This document shows positions 37,049 to 49,260 of a stretch of DNA of 63,976 bases, in pieces. This DNA comes from Paraspadella gotoi. Taxonomy: Eukaryota; Animalia; Chaetognatha. The stretch is from the NCBI GenBank assembly GCA_051294375.1, contig CM119264.1:67846-131821 (forward strand), in the 5' to 3' direction. The position numbers and the translations under genes are program-made. The stretch's first letter is position 1. Every line of letters begins with the position of its first letter. The notes below the pieces were generated by a model. The model was not told the DNA's origin. It searched no databases and saw only the letters and a program-made list of their open reading frames with translations.

Positions 37049-37642
37049 CAAAAACTAAATTAGATTGTGATGTGTCATTGCATGCATTGGGTAGTGGAAT
37101 TTAAAAAAAAAAAAAATCCCAAATCAATGTTTTTCTTTTAATAAGAATAAATTATGAATGAACTTTAGTTTTGGCAATATTTTTTCATTAATTTTTTTTT
37201 CAGTTAGGCTTTTAAATTTTTATTTTTTTGTAAATATTTATTTGAATTATAAATCAAAGTGTGAATGTTTTTAAATGCTCGGAATTTAATACAACCAATA
37301 TAACTGACAATATTACATATTACTTTCTATCTTCATTTTATTTTAAACTTTTACTTCTCCTTATCTTTACATAATTTACTTAATTAAAAATACTTAGATT
37401 TTTAAAAATAATTTATGCTGTTATTCGATAATATCAACACAATATTTTTGACGCAGAACCTAGATTAATTATGCATTGATAATGCATATGGTAACCGATA
37501 CTCATTGAGTTACAGTTTTTATTTGCTGAGAATTTAAAAATATTTTCAATTTATTTATAGGCAGTTAATCCAAAACACCCTGTACGATAGGTCTTCTCCA
37601 AGGCGAGACGAAAAGGAAGCTTCGAAAAAGGGATTGAAGTGC

Positions 37643-37681
<39 letters not shown>

Positions 37682-37754
37682 CTTGGGGTCTGATATTCAT
37701 TTTCATGAGCAAATTGGATGGAAAGATAAGGAGAGAGACAAGAGAGAAAAGTGG

Positions 37755-37945
37755 AGCATCAATCTACAGCATCAAGCTGCAGCATCAATCTGCAGCATCA
37801 ATCTGCAGCATCAATCTGCAGTATTAAACTCCAGCAATGATCTGCAGCATAATCTGCAGCGTGTATCTTCAGTATCAATCTTAATCATTGATCTTCAGCA
37901 TTGATCTTCCGTGGCAATCTGCAGCATCAATCTGCAGCATTGATT
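37755..37945. repeat. 13-bp minisatellite (ATCAATCTGCAGC)
   Basis: Tandem units visible. Duplicate at ~46305-46490. Confidence 0.8.
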
Positions 37946-38179
37946 GGCAGAATTATTATGCATTGTAGATCTGAAGAATCTGTCTACAGGGACAATTTGT
38001 AGCATAAATCTACAGTGTGGATCTACAGCATACAAAATTTATCTGCTGTGGTAATCTGTCGATCGATCCTTCAACAAAATTGATTAGAATCTTTGATCTT
38101 CTTTTGTACAAAATTATCAACTATTCGAAGATTTCTCATTTGTCGTGTGGCGGCGCTGAGGTTGTGGCGATAGCGGCAG

Positions 38180-38627
38180 GTTTAGTGGTCTCTATTCCAA
38201 AATGGATAGGTTTATATCCCAAGTGAGTTAGGTGGTCTCTATCCCTAGTAGGTTAAGTGGTCTCTATCCCAATTAGGTTAGGTGGTCTATATCCCAGGTG
38301 GGTTGAGTGGTCTCCATCCTAATTGGGTTAGGGGGTCCCTGTCCCCAGTGGGTTAGGCAGTCTCTCTCTTAAGTGGGTTGAGTAGTCTATATCCCAATTG
38401 GGTTAGGCAGTCTCTCTCCTAAGTGGGTTAGGTGGTCAATATCCCAAGTGGGTTATGTGGTCCCTATCCCAAGTGGGTTAGGCGGTCTCTATTCCAAGTG
38501 AGCTAGGTGGTCTCTATCCCAAGTGGGTTAGGTGGTCTCTATCCGAGGAGAGTTAGGTGGTTTCTATCCCAAGTGGGTTGGGTGGTCTCTATTAGAAGTG
38601 GGTGAAGTGGTCTCTATCCCAAGTGGC
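38180..38627. repeat. 25-bp minisatellite (AAGTGGGTTAGGTGGTCTCTATCCC)
   Basis: About 18 tandem units. Duplicate at ~46738-47183. Confidence 0.9.
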
Positions 38628-38862
38628 GATTAGCCATCCCATTGTGAAACTTGTGTCCAAGGTCGTTGGTGGAGGAAGATAGAGAGGGAAGAGAGAGAGA
38701 GAGAGAAAGGTAAGGTCTAAACGGAAGAGTTCGATTCCACTCTCAGAAGGCGGGACACTGATTCACGGAGACTTAAACTCGTTGTTGTTGTTGTTGTTGT
38801 TGTCGTCGTTTCTATTTTCGGACTTTTTAGCCTCAACTTGTAAGGATTAAAGGAGATTTTCT

Positions 38863-38925
<63 letters not shown>

Positions 38926-39129
38926 CGAAGGGGTTCCCCATTTCCTTCCCTCTAAGGAGAGTTATAAAAGTTAGACTGATGGTAGTTTGGCTCGAAGCGA
39001 ATTGAGCAAGGGAGAGGGAAAGGGAGAGAGGGAGGGAGGGAGGGAGGGGAGAAAGAGAGGGAGGAAGGGAGGAAGGAACGGAAGGAGAGGAGGAAGAGGC
39101 AAAGTGAAAGAAGAGAAAGAAAGAGAAGA

Positions 39130-39500
39130 ACAGGGCAAAGCGGACAAGGTTTAGGAGCAAGAAAAGGCGACATGGTTTACTAGGGGGCAAAGTGGACAGG
39201 TCGATTTAAGAAAGGGCAAAGCAGACATGGTTTAGGAACACGCAAAGTGAAAAGGGCGATTTAAGAGCAGGTAAAGCTGACATGATTTAGGACTTAGGAG
39301 CAACCAAAGAGGATATGGTTTAGGAGTGGGCAAAGGTGACATGGTTTAGGAGGGGGCAGAGTGGACATGGTTTAGGAGCGGGCAAAGCGGATATGGTTAA
39401 GGACTTAGGAGCAACCAAAGTTGATATGGTTCAGGAGCGGACAAAGGCGACATGGTTTAGGAGGGGGCAAAGCGAACATGGTTTAGAAGCGGGCAAAGGC
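39130..39500. repeat. ~26-bp minisatellite (CATGGTTTAGGAGCGGGCAAAGCGGA)
   Basis: Tandem degenerate units. Duplicate at ~47735-48112. Confidence 0.8.
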
Positions 39501-39566
39501 AAAAATCACTTTGATGAAAATTTATTTTCCTAAACCGTGGAACCGATAAAATTCTACGGAAGACGA

Positions 39567-39615
<49 letters not shown>

Positions 39616-39919
39616 TACAAATTTCTTAATCGAAACTGGAGACTTAAAATCTAAAGACTAACAGCGATGACGATCTTATACTTCTTAGCTAATGAGAAAC
39701 GAGCTGAAATATTTTTAGCCAATCATTAGTTAGAATTGAGTCTAAGGTTGGAGCATATATTTTTTGATTGGGTATAAAACTTAAGTTACTCTCTAGTACA
39801 AAATTACCTGTGATTTAACAATATTTTCATTACTCCGTTGGATAATTAAAATAGTTCATTGTTCATTGTTCTGCCTTTTTAAATTCGGTTCTCCTCCCTT
39901 TATCTCTGTTGCGACTCCA

Positions 39920-40033
39920 TCGCTCACCGCTCACCACACACCGCTCACCAATCACCACACACCGCTCACCACTCACCGCTCACCGCTGACCACTCACCAC
40001 TCACCGCTCACCACTCACCGCTCACCGCTCACC
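39920..40033. repeat. 7-bp tandem repeat (CTCACCG/CTCACCA)
   Basis: Short here; the orthologous array at 48522-49137 is ~620 bp. Confidence 0.85.
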
Positions 40034-41069
40034 CCCGCAATTATCAAGGTTTTACGACGGACCGGGCGAAAAGTCACGAGTTACTGAAAATTACCTCCCG
40101 AGAGAGAGAGAGAGCGAGAGAGAGAGAGAGAGAGAGACTCCACGCAAGACCTGGCAAAGAGCAAAGGCGATAAGGTATTTAGTATTTAGTATTTAGTATT
40201 AAGCACCGGACTAAAGAAATATACTAGAAATGTTTTGAATAAGTCGCTAAGTGGGCTGAAGACCACTCTCCGTATGTTTTGCGCCTCACTAACTCACTCA
40301 CTCACTCTCTCTCTCTCTCTCTCACCTTCTTTCTTGGTTTCACTCCCATTATCTGAATGAAAAAGAAAACTGTCCGCTTTCTACCAGCGGAGCAGCGGAG
40401 CAGCGGTGCAGCGGAGGGCGGCGGCTCTGAGGCTGACGCCGACCGTCGGCTGCCTTTTCAAGACAAATGGAATTCTCGCAAATCTAAAGTTTTTTTTTTC
40501 TTCCTTTTTTCTTTATTTTTTTTCCCTTTTTTTTATTTCTTTTTTCCTTTTTTCCTTCTTCACTTTTTGGTCACTTGGTCTGTCAGTACGTCTTTCTGTC
40601 TGTTCATCGATCTCTCCCACTCAGGTTAAAAATTATCATTACTCGGGTTATACGGTATACTCTTCATAAATTTAGTTCATATTTGGCATATAATTGAGTT
40701 ATTATGAGACTTTTAATGTCCATATAATGTCATACTTGTGAAGTCACGTGATCATCTTAAAAAGCGTTTAATTTAATAGGTTTAATAGGTTTTATTCATT
40801 TGGACGATGATCCAAATTCAACGTTGACCTTTTGTTTATTCTTTCTGACATTTGAATCTACACACGCGAAAAGAAAGTACTGCGGTGCATCACATTGAAT
40901 TTACTATTCTTGTTTATTTTCTTTTATATTTTTTTCTTTCACTATTTTGTCTTTGAATCTTTTTCTCTCTAGAAATTGTCTTCCTCTTACCTTTGGCGGA
41001 TTAAAGGCGATAAAACTCAAGGACAACATTTTCCACGAGCTAAAGACGACGACGACGATGATGACGACG

Positions 41070-41105
<36 letters not shown>

Positions 41106-41638
41106 CGGGGGACGGGACGACGACGACGACGACGACTAGATGGTGATTTTCAAGTAATTTAATTCACTGCTACTGTGCTACCACTGTTAGGGCATATGGA
41201 TAACTTGACTCGCCTATTAGCATTTAAATCTCTCTCCTTTTNNNNNNNNNNNNNNNNNNNNNNNNNCAACGTTGACCTTTTGTTATTCTTTCTGACATTG
41301 AATCTAAGTGACTGCTAGCGCCTCCTTGTGTTTTAAAATAAATCGTACCAAAAATAAAAAATGGAATTCCGATATAGTGCATGTTGCACGCAATTCCATG
41401 ATCACCCAGAAATACACGCGAAAAGAAAGTCACTGCGGTGCATCACATTGAATTTACTATTCTTGTTTATTTTCTTTTATATTTTTTTCTTTCACTATTT
41501 TGTCTTTGAATCTTTTCTCTCTAGAAATTGTCTTCCTCTACCTTTGGCGGATTAAAGGCGATAAACTCAAGGACAACATTTTCCACGAGCTAAAGACGAC
41601 GACGACGATGATGACGACGACGACGACGNNNNNNNNNN

Positions 41639-41669
<31 letters not shown>

Positions 41670-41762
41670 TAAGATGGTGATTTTCAAGTAATTTATATTC
41701 ACTGCTACTGTGCTACCACTGTTAGGGCATATGGATAACTTGACTCCGCCTATTAGCATTAA

Positions 41763-41932
41763 GGATCGGTTGATCGGTTAATCGGTTGATCGGTTCATCG
41801 TTGATCGGTTGATCGGTTAATCATTGATCGGTTGATCGGTTGATCGGTTGATCCGTTGATCGGTTGATCCGTTAATCGGTTGATCGGTTGATCGGTTGAT
41901 CGGTTGATCGGTTAATCAGTTGATCGGTTGAT
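41763..41932. repeat. 8-bp tandem repeat (GATCGGTT)
   Basis: Orthologous array at 50346-50703 is about twice as long. Confidence 0.88.
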
Positions 41933-42317
41933 GATCTCAAAGGGAATCTCCTCTGTATGTCATGGCATGTCTTCGGTATGTTATGGCATACCGTCGTCGT
42001 CGTCCTTAGTTTTCTTAATTTGAAAAATCTAATATCATTTATTTGTTTAATTGAATTTAAAAATATATTAACAAAGTTTAGCCTGAACAAACGATGCGTA
42101 AGATTCCTCACTAAATCTTTCTTTTCTTTTTTTCTTTCTTCTATTTTTTTTACTTTTCTTTTTTTTTCTTCTCTTTTTCTCTCTTCTCTTATTTTCTTTT
42201 TTTCTCTTCTTTCTTTTTCTTCTCTTTTTACTTTTTTGTGTTCTCTTTTTCTTTTTCCACTTTTTCCCAGAAGTACGTTCTTCCGCCTCCTATTTTTCCC
42301 GATGACCTTGCCAACAA

Positions 42318-42399
<82 letters not shown>

Positions 42400-42528
42400 T
42401 CTCTGTTCTCGCCGGTAAGATTGTTTTTCGTTAACTTGCATATCTACCTTGTCTATGTTCCCGATCTTATCCCTGTCTATTCCGTCTTTTGGCTGTCTAT
42501 CTTGTGTCTGTCTGTCCGCCTCTTGCAT

Positions 42529-42604
<76 letters not shown>

Positions 42605-43310
42605 AATCCTTTTTAATTTTCTCTTTCTTTTTGGTTTCTTTTCCAATCACTTTTCTTTTCCAATCACTTTTCTTTTCCAATCACTTTTCTTCGCCAATCA
42701 CTTTACATCTTTACATCTTGAAGTAAACATTTCGGTCTGTCTGTCGGTAGGTCAGTCAGTCTGTCCCTCTACTTATAAATTACTCTTTAATTTTCCCTTG
42801 GTTGCTCTTTTGTTAATATTTTCCCACACGGAAAGAAAGGCGAATCTTAAGCTCCCGTTCGCGCCACCTTTTCGTTTTAAAATAAACTATAAATGACGGA
42901 ATTCCGATACAACAGGCGTCTAACGATAATTGGCTGATGATTTGTCTCAATAATCGCGTGATCACTCGGAAATAAACGTGATAAGAAAGTCACAAAACGG
43001 CACAAAACATTATAATTATTTACTGTTTTTGTTCAGTTTTAACTTTAATTTTAGTTTTTCCTTTTTTATTTCTTTCCTCTTTTTTTCTGTTTATTACAAA
43101 TTGCAAATTTTGCTATTTTATTTTGGGCTCAATTCGTTCCGTTTCTTGATTATTTTTTTTTAAATGCTCCATGCAATCGGATTGCAATCCTTAAGCTTTA
43201 TCCTATCGTTATTCTAATTTAATCTTTAAATCTAAAAACTAACTCAATACAAAATTAAGGACGAAATGGGCGCTAATAAAAAAAAATAATTCCTAATTTA
43301 TATGGAAATA

Positions 43311-43478
43311 ATTTAGAGAAGAGTTTAAAATAGATTCAACAACGATTTATTTGAAACAGTAATAATAACGGACATGTTTCGGCTCTTGTTCAAGCCTTCA
43401 TCAAACCCTAAACATGTCCGTTATTATTACTGTTTCTATTAAATCGTTGTTGAATCCATTTCAAACTCTTCTCTAAAT
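43311..43478. mobile_element. Palindromic remnant resembling a Penelope-like element terminal repeat (pLTR)
   Basis: ~68-bp near-identical inverted arms (43311-43379 / 43410-43478) around a hammerhead-like core. AATAAA lies downstream of the core on the minus strand. Duplicate at 55031-55199. Confidence 0.6.
43371..43404 (-). ncRNA. Minimal hammerhead ribozyme-like motif (core variant UUGAUGA)
   Basis: Minus strand TTGATGA-A-GGCT-TGAACAAG-AGCC-GAAA-CATG-TC: core boxes, stem II GGCT/AGCC and palindromic stem-III loop ending at GUC. The canonical C3 is U and stem I is not evident. Confidence 0.55.
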
Positions 43479-43777
43479 CTCAACCACAACGAAAAGAAAG
43501 TATTATAATGTCTAATGGAAATAATTTACTAATTTTCAATCATCTTTTTTTTACTTTTATTTTCAATATTATTATTCTATATATTCCGTCCCATGTTAAT
43601 TCATATTAATCCATGTTCAAACATGTTCTACCATTTATCTCTTCTTTCTTTCCTCTCATTTCCTTTTTCCATCACCATTTTTTCCCCTTTCTTTTTATCG
43701 CTCCATTTTTTTTCTTCCGCATTTTCCATCCACTTTAGTTTCCTGTTTTCTTTTGTTTTTTTTTGTTTTGTTTTTTT

Positions 43778-44072
43778 GTTTCGCCGCAAGAACTCGCGTT
43801 GAAACTCGATAAGTCACTTTTTTGGTTGGTCAGTCGTTCGGTCGATCCCACTGACGTTAAAAATGTTAGTAACTCTTTTAATACTTCATCAATTAAGTTC
43901 ATATTTGGTATGGAAGTTAGTTACCTTAATATACATCACACTTGTGAAATCACGTGATCATCTTAAAAATCGATCACATGATCCAAAACTCAATGCTGCT
44001 TATATAGGATTGCTCTTTTGTTATTTTCATCTACTCGAATATAATTGACTGCTTCTGATACATTTTGTTTTT
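43778..44072 (+). mobile_element. DINE-1/HINE-like family B copy
   Basis: Its first ~100 nt are the reverse complement of 36910-37048 (aagtcactttttt, ggtcagtcg microsatellite, cccactgacgttaaaaatg). Ends ttttgtttt. Confidence 0.5.
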
Positions 44073-44689
44073 AAAAATAAATCATTCAAAAAATAAAAAA
44101 AAATTTCAGTACAGTGTGTGTCGAACATTCACAGAAATGATAAGAATGTGATGTGATAAGAAAGTCACTGTGGCGCAACAAACATTGAAATATCTTCTTT
44201 TTTCTTTTCTTTTATTTCCTCCTTTTTTTCTTCTTTGCCTTAATCCTTGTTCCCTCCTTGTTTTTTTTTTCCATTTCAATTCTAGGAAATTTTTAGCATT
44301 CTAGATATTTCTGTTTCTGTTTTTAATTAAACGTATAAAACGTGGTTCTCTCTTTCCCAGTGTTCCTCATCTGCTCGGTGCGGTCTGCTCATTTTCCTGC
44401 TTCTCGTGAAACCATTTGTGAATCACACTTCAAAACGGTGAGTAAGCCAGCACCCGTCCAAACGTCGTAAACAAAGCAGAAGGGCCGCCAAATAACAACC
44501 CTGGGGATTTCTCTTCTCTCGTTTGCTTTTTTTTTTTTTAATTCTCCATCGACTCGCTCACCTACCCTTTTTTCCCCTGTACTTACCTTCCTAGTAACGC
44601 CCCACTTCCCCAAGTTTCGAAGAGGGTTTCAGAATTCTCCAGCCCACCAGGCATTTAACCCATTTTTAGTGGAAGAACAACAAACGAGA

Positions 44690-44985
44690 TATCGATCTGC
44701 CTGCGCGGCCTTAGTTGTTTTGTCCAATCCTCGCCACCCCTTTAATTCGCCCCCCCTCCCCCCTCCCGTATGTTAAGAGTTGCCTTTTTCAAGAGAAATC
44801 TCCGACGCAATCGAAATCGACGTCGTCGTCTTCGGCCCAATGGGAGCGCGCCCCGGGCGGCGAGGTTAAATTCAAGCCAGCCATACAACGCGTCTAACGG
44901 TACGGACGCAATTCCCATCAGCCAATCATCCGGCGCCTTTGCCGAGCCAAACGGCCGCGGATCGAGATCGGGACGCTCAACAAAG
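44690..44985. promoter_or_regulatory. CpG-rich promoter-like island with multiple CCAAT boxes
   Basis: CCAAT at 44724, 44837 and 44922. GC-box/E2F-like GAGCGCGCCCCGGGCGG at ~44844. A minus-strand donor GAAG|GTAAGT lies at 44587/44586. Confidence 0.4.
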
Positions 44986-46166
44986 GTGAGAACGGAAAAT
45001 GATGTTGTACGTATGAATGTGTAGCGCGATGGCTGTATCCTATTTCATTTCAATGCATATCCTTATTCTTTAAAAAACAAAAGGGAGAGGGAGCGGCCCG
45101 TAGGTAAAGCGGCAGAAGGTCTGAGAGATTTATTCTTTATATGACCACAAATGAGTAACACAACCTACGACGGCACCAGATCAACTAATAAATCCCCCTA
45201 GTAACCATTTTATGATTATCGAAGATGGGACAAGTGACGAGACGGACAGACATATACTATGGTGACGGAGAGTAACGGACGGAGCGCACATGACCTAATA
45301 AGTTGTAATATGAAATAATCACATACCAATGGAGTAACCAAATAGAACCAAAAGTAAACTTTATAGTAATGTTGACACTTTATTCGTCCCGCGAGACTAT
45401 CACTCTTCAACAGGGCTTGCGGAGAGGTCTTTTTTATATCATATATAACTAAAATATTAAGATTCAGGATAGATGGTAGTTAATTGAAGAAGATGGACTA
45501 TATGGGTAGAGATAGGAAAATAGAAGAATATAGAAAAGAAAAGAAAGAGAAAGAATACCAGTATCCGGAAAATCAAGACAGTTGTGCGGTGTTAATAAGA
45601 ATAGAGATTAAAAATAGAAGGAACTTTGAGTCGTATGTGTATTATTAACTATTTAATTGTTTGGTTTTCAGTATGTAGACAAGGCACGCGTTTGAGAAGT
45701 AATATATCTTGTTTTGTAAATGGAATGTTATTTGAATTATAAATCAGAGAGAGTCGGTGAATGATTTTGAAAATATATGGAGAGCTGTAGAGGAATTTAA
45801 TACAAACCAATATAACTTGACAATATTACATATTACTTTCTTCTTCATTTTATTTTAAAACTTTTACTTATCCTTATCTTACATAATTTTACTTAATTAA
45901 AATACTTAGATTTTTAAAAAAATAATTATGCTTGTTATTCGATAATATCAGCAAATATTTTGACGCAGAACCTAGATAATTATGCATTGATAATGCATAT
46001 GGTAACCGATTACTCCATTAGTTACAGTTTTTTATTTGCTGAGAATTAAAAATATTTTCCAATTTAATTTATAGCAGTTAATCCAAAACACCCTGTAACG
46101 ATAGGTCTTTCTCAAAGGCGAGACGAAAAGGAAGCTTCGAAAAAGGATTGAAGTGCGGGGAGAAGA

Positions 46167-46210
<44 letters not shown>

Positions 46211-47260
46211 AGAAGAGAGAGGAGAGAAGTCTTGGGGTCTGATTATTCCATTTCATGAGCAAATTGGATGGAAGATAAGGAGAGAGACAAGAGAGAAAAA
46301 GTGGAGCACATCTACAGCATCAAGCGCAGCATCAATCTGCAGCATCAAAACGCAGCATCATCTGCAAGTATTAAACTCCAGCAAATGATCTGCAGCATAA
46401 TCTGCAAGCGTGTATCTTCAAGATCAATCTTAAATTGATCTTCAGCAATTGATCTCCGTGCAATCCTGCAGCATCAAATCTGCAGCATATGATTGGCAGA
46501 ATATTATGCCAATTGTAGATCTGAAGAATCTGTCTACAGGGACATTTTGTAGCATAAATCTACAGTGTGGATCTACAGCATACAAAATTTTATCTGCTGT
46601 TGGTAATCTGGTCGAGCGATCCTTCAACAAAATTGATTAGAATTCTTTTGATCTTCTTTTGTACAAAATTAAGTCAACTATTCGAAGATTTCTCATTTGT
46701 CGTGTGGCGGCGCGAGGTGTGTGGCGATAGTCGGCAGTTTTAGTGGCCTCTATTCCAAAATGATAGGTTTAATATCCGCAAAGTGAGTTAGGTGGTCTTA
46801 TCCCTAGTAGGTTAATGGTCTCTATCCCCATTAGGTAGGTGGTCTATATCCCAGGTGGGTTGAGTGGTCCTCCATCTAATTGGGTTACGGGGGTCCCTGT
46901 CCCCAGTGGGATAAGGCAGTCTCTCCTTAAGTGGGTTGAGTAGTCTATATCCCAATTGGGTTAGGCAGTCTCTCCCTAAGTGGGGTTAGGTGTTCAAATA
47001 TCCCAAGTGGGTTATGTGGTCCACTATACCAAGTGGGTTAGGCGGTCTCTATTCCAAGTGAGCTAGGTGGTCTCTATCCAAGTGGGTTAGGTGGTCTCTA
47101 TCCCGAGGAGAGTTAGGTGGTTTCCTATCAAGTGGGTTGGGTGAGTCCTATTAGAAGTGGTGAAGTGGTCTCTATCAAGTGGCGATTAGCGCATCCCATT
47201 GTGAAAAACTTGTTGTCCAAGGTCGTTGGTGGAGGAAGATAGAGAGAGAGATAGAGAGAG

Positions 47261-47315
<55 letters not shown>

Positions 47316-47459
47316 AAGGTCCTAAACGGAAGAGTTCGATTCCACTCTCAGAGGCGGGACAACGATTTCACGGAGACTTAAACTCGTTGTTGTTGTTGTC
47401 GTCGTTTCTATTTTCGACTTTTTAGCCTCAAACATTGGTAAGGATTAAAGGAATTTTCT

Positions 47460-47501
<42 letters not shown>

Positions 47502-49224
47502 AGAGAGAGAAGAGAGAGAGGGGAGAGAAGACGAAAGGGTTTCCCCACTTTCCTTCCCTCTAAGGAGAGTTATAAAAGTTAGACTGATGAGTATTGCTCG
47601 AAGCGATTGAGCAAGGGAGAGGGAAAGGGAAGAGAGGGAGGAGGGAGGGAGGGGAGAAAGAGAGGGAGGAAGGGAGGAAGGAACGGAAGGAGACGGAGGA
47701 AGAGGCAAAGTGAAAGAAAGAGAAAGAAAGAGAGAACAGGGCAAGCGACAAGGTTTAGGAGCAAGAAAAGCGACCATAGTTTACTAGGGGGCAAAGTGGA
47801 CAAGGTCGATTTAAGAAAGGGCAAAGCAGACATGGTTTAAGGAACACGCAAAGTGAAAAGGGCGATTTAAGAGGCAGGTAAAAGCTGACATATTTAGGAC
47901 TAGGAGCAACCAAGAGATATGGGGTTAGGAGTGGGCAAAAGGTGACAATGGTTTAGGAGGGGGCAGAGTGGACATGGGTTTAGGAAGCGGGCAAAGCGGA
48001 TATGGTTAAGGACTTAGGAGCAACCAAAGTTGATTATGGTTCAGGAGCGGAACAAAGGCGACATGGTTATTTTAGGAGGGGCAAACGAACACTGGTTAGA
48101 AGCGGCAAAGGCAAAAATCACTTGATGAAAACTTTATTTTCCTAACCGTGGAACACCGATAAAAATTCCTACGGAAGACGATGACGATGACGACGACGAC
48201 GACGACGACGACTACAAATTAACCTTAATCGAAACTGGAGACTTAAAATCTAAAGACTAAACGATGACGATCTAATATTCTTTAGCTAATGAGAAACGAG
48301 CTGAAATATTTTTAGCACAATCATAGTTAAGAATTGAGTCTAAGGTTGGAGCATAATTTTTTTGATTGGGTATAAAAACCTTAAGTTACTCTCTAGTAAC
48401 AGAAATTAACTGTGATTTAAACAATATTTTCATTACTGCCGTTGGATAATTAAAATAGTTCATTGTTCATTGTTCTGCCTTTTTAAATTCGGTTCCCTCC
48501 CTTTATCTCTGTTTGCGACTCCATCGCTCAACCGCTCCACTCACACACCGCCACGCAATCAACCACACCCAACCGCTCACCACTCACCGCTCACCGCTGA
48601 CTACACTCACCACTCACCGCTGCACACACTCACCGTCCACCACAACACCACACCACTCACAACACTCACCACTCACCGCTCACCACTCACTGCTCACACA
48701 ATCACCACACACCGCTGACTCACTCACCACTCACCGCTCAACCGCTACCACTACCTCATCACCGCTCACGCACTCCCCACTCACCAACTCCCCACTCAGC
48801 CACTCCACACTCCCCACTACACCACTCACCGCTCACCACTCACCGCTCACCACTCACCACTCCCCCACTCACCGCCTCACCGCTCACACACTCACCGCTC
48901 ACCACTCACCGCTTCACACAATCCCCACTCACCGTTCACCACACACCACTCACCGCTCACCACTCACCACTCACCACTCACCACTCAACCGTCCCACTCA
49001 CGCACTCACCGCTCACCACTCCCCACTCACCGCTCACCAACTCACCGCTCACCACTCACCCGCTCACCACTCCCTCCACTTCACCGTCACACGCTCACCA
49101 CTACAACGCCACCACTCACCGCTCAACACGCTCACCCCAGCAATTATCAAAAGGTTTACGAAACGGACGCGGGGCGAAAAAGTCACGAGTTACTGAAAAT
49201 TACCTCCCGAAGAAGAGTAGAGAG

Positions 49225-49260
<36 letters not shown>

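Noticed and set aside
38220-38620. True telomeric array
   Set aside because: TTAGG occurs once per 25-bp unit, not as contiguous tandem telomere repeats.
38725-38745. B-box-like GTTCGATTCC (tRNA gene?)
   Set aside because: No A-box or cloverleaf; upstream sequence is (AG)n.
38180-39500. CRISPR-like 25-26-bp repeats
   Set aside because: Units are head-to-tail without unique spacers, there are no cas genes, and the context is eukaryotic.
40385-40490. GC-rich exon candidate (AEQRSSGAAEGGGSEADADRRLPFQDKW)
   Set aside because: No convincing splice donor or recognisable similarity; partly a GCAGCGGA repeat.
48513-49196. 227-aa Thr/His/Ser-rich ORF
   Set aside because: Translation of the 7-bp CTCACC(G/A) array; not preserved in the duplicate copy.
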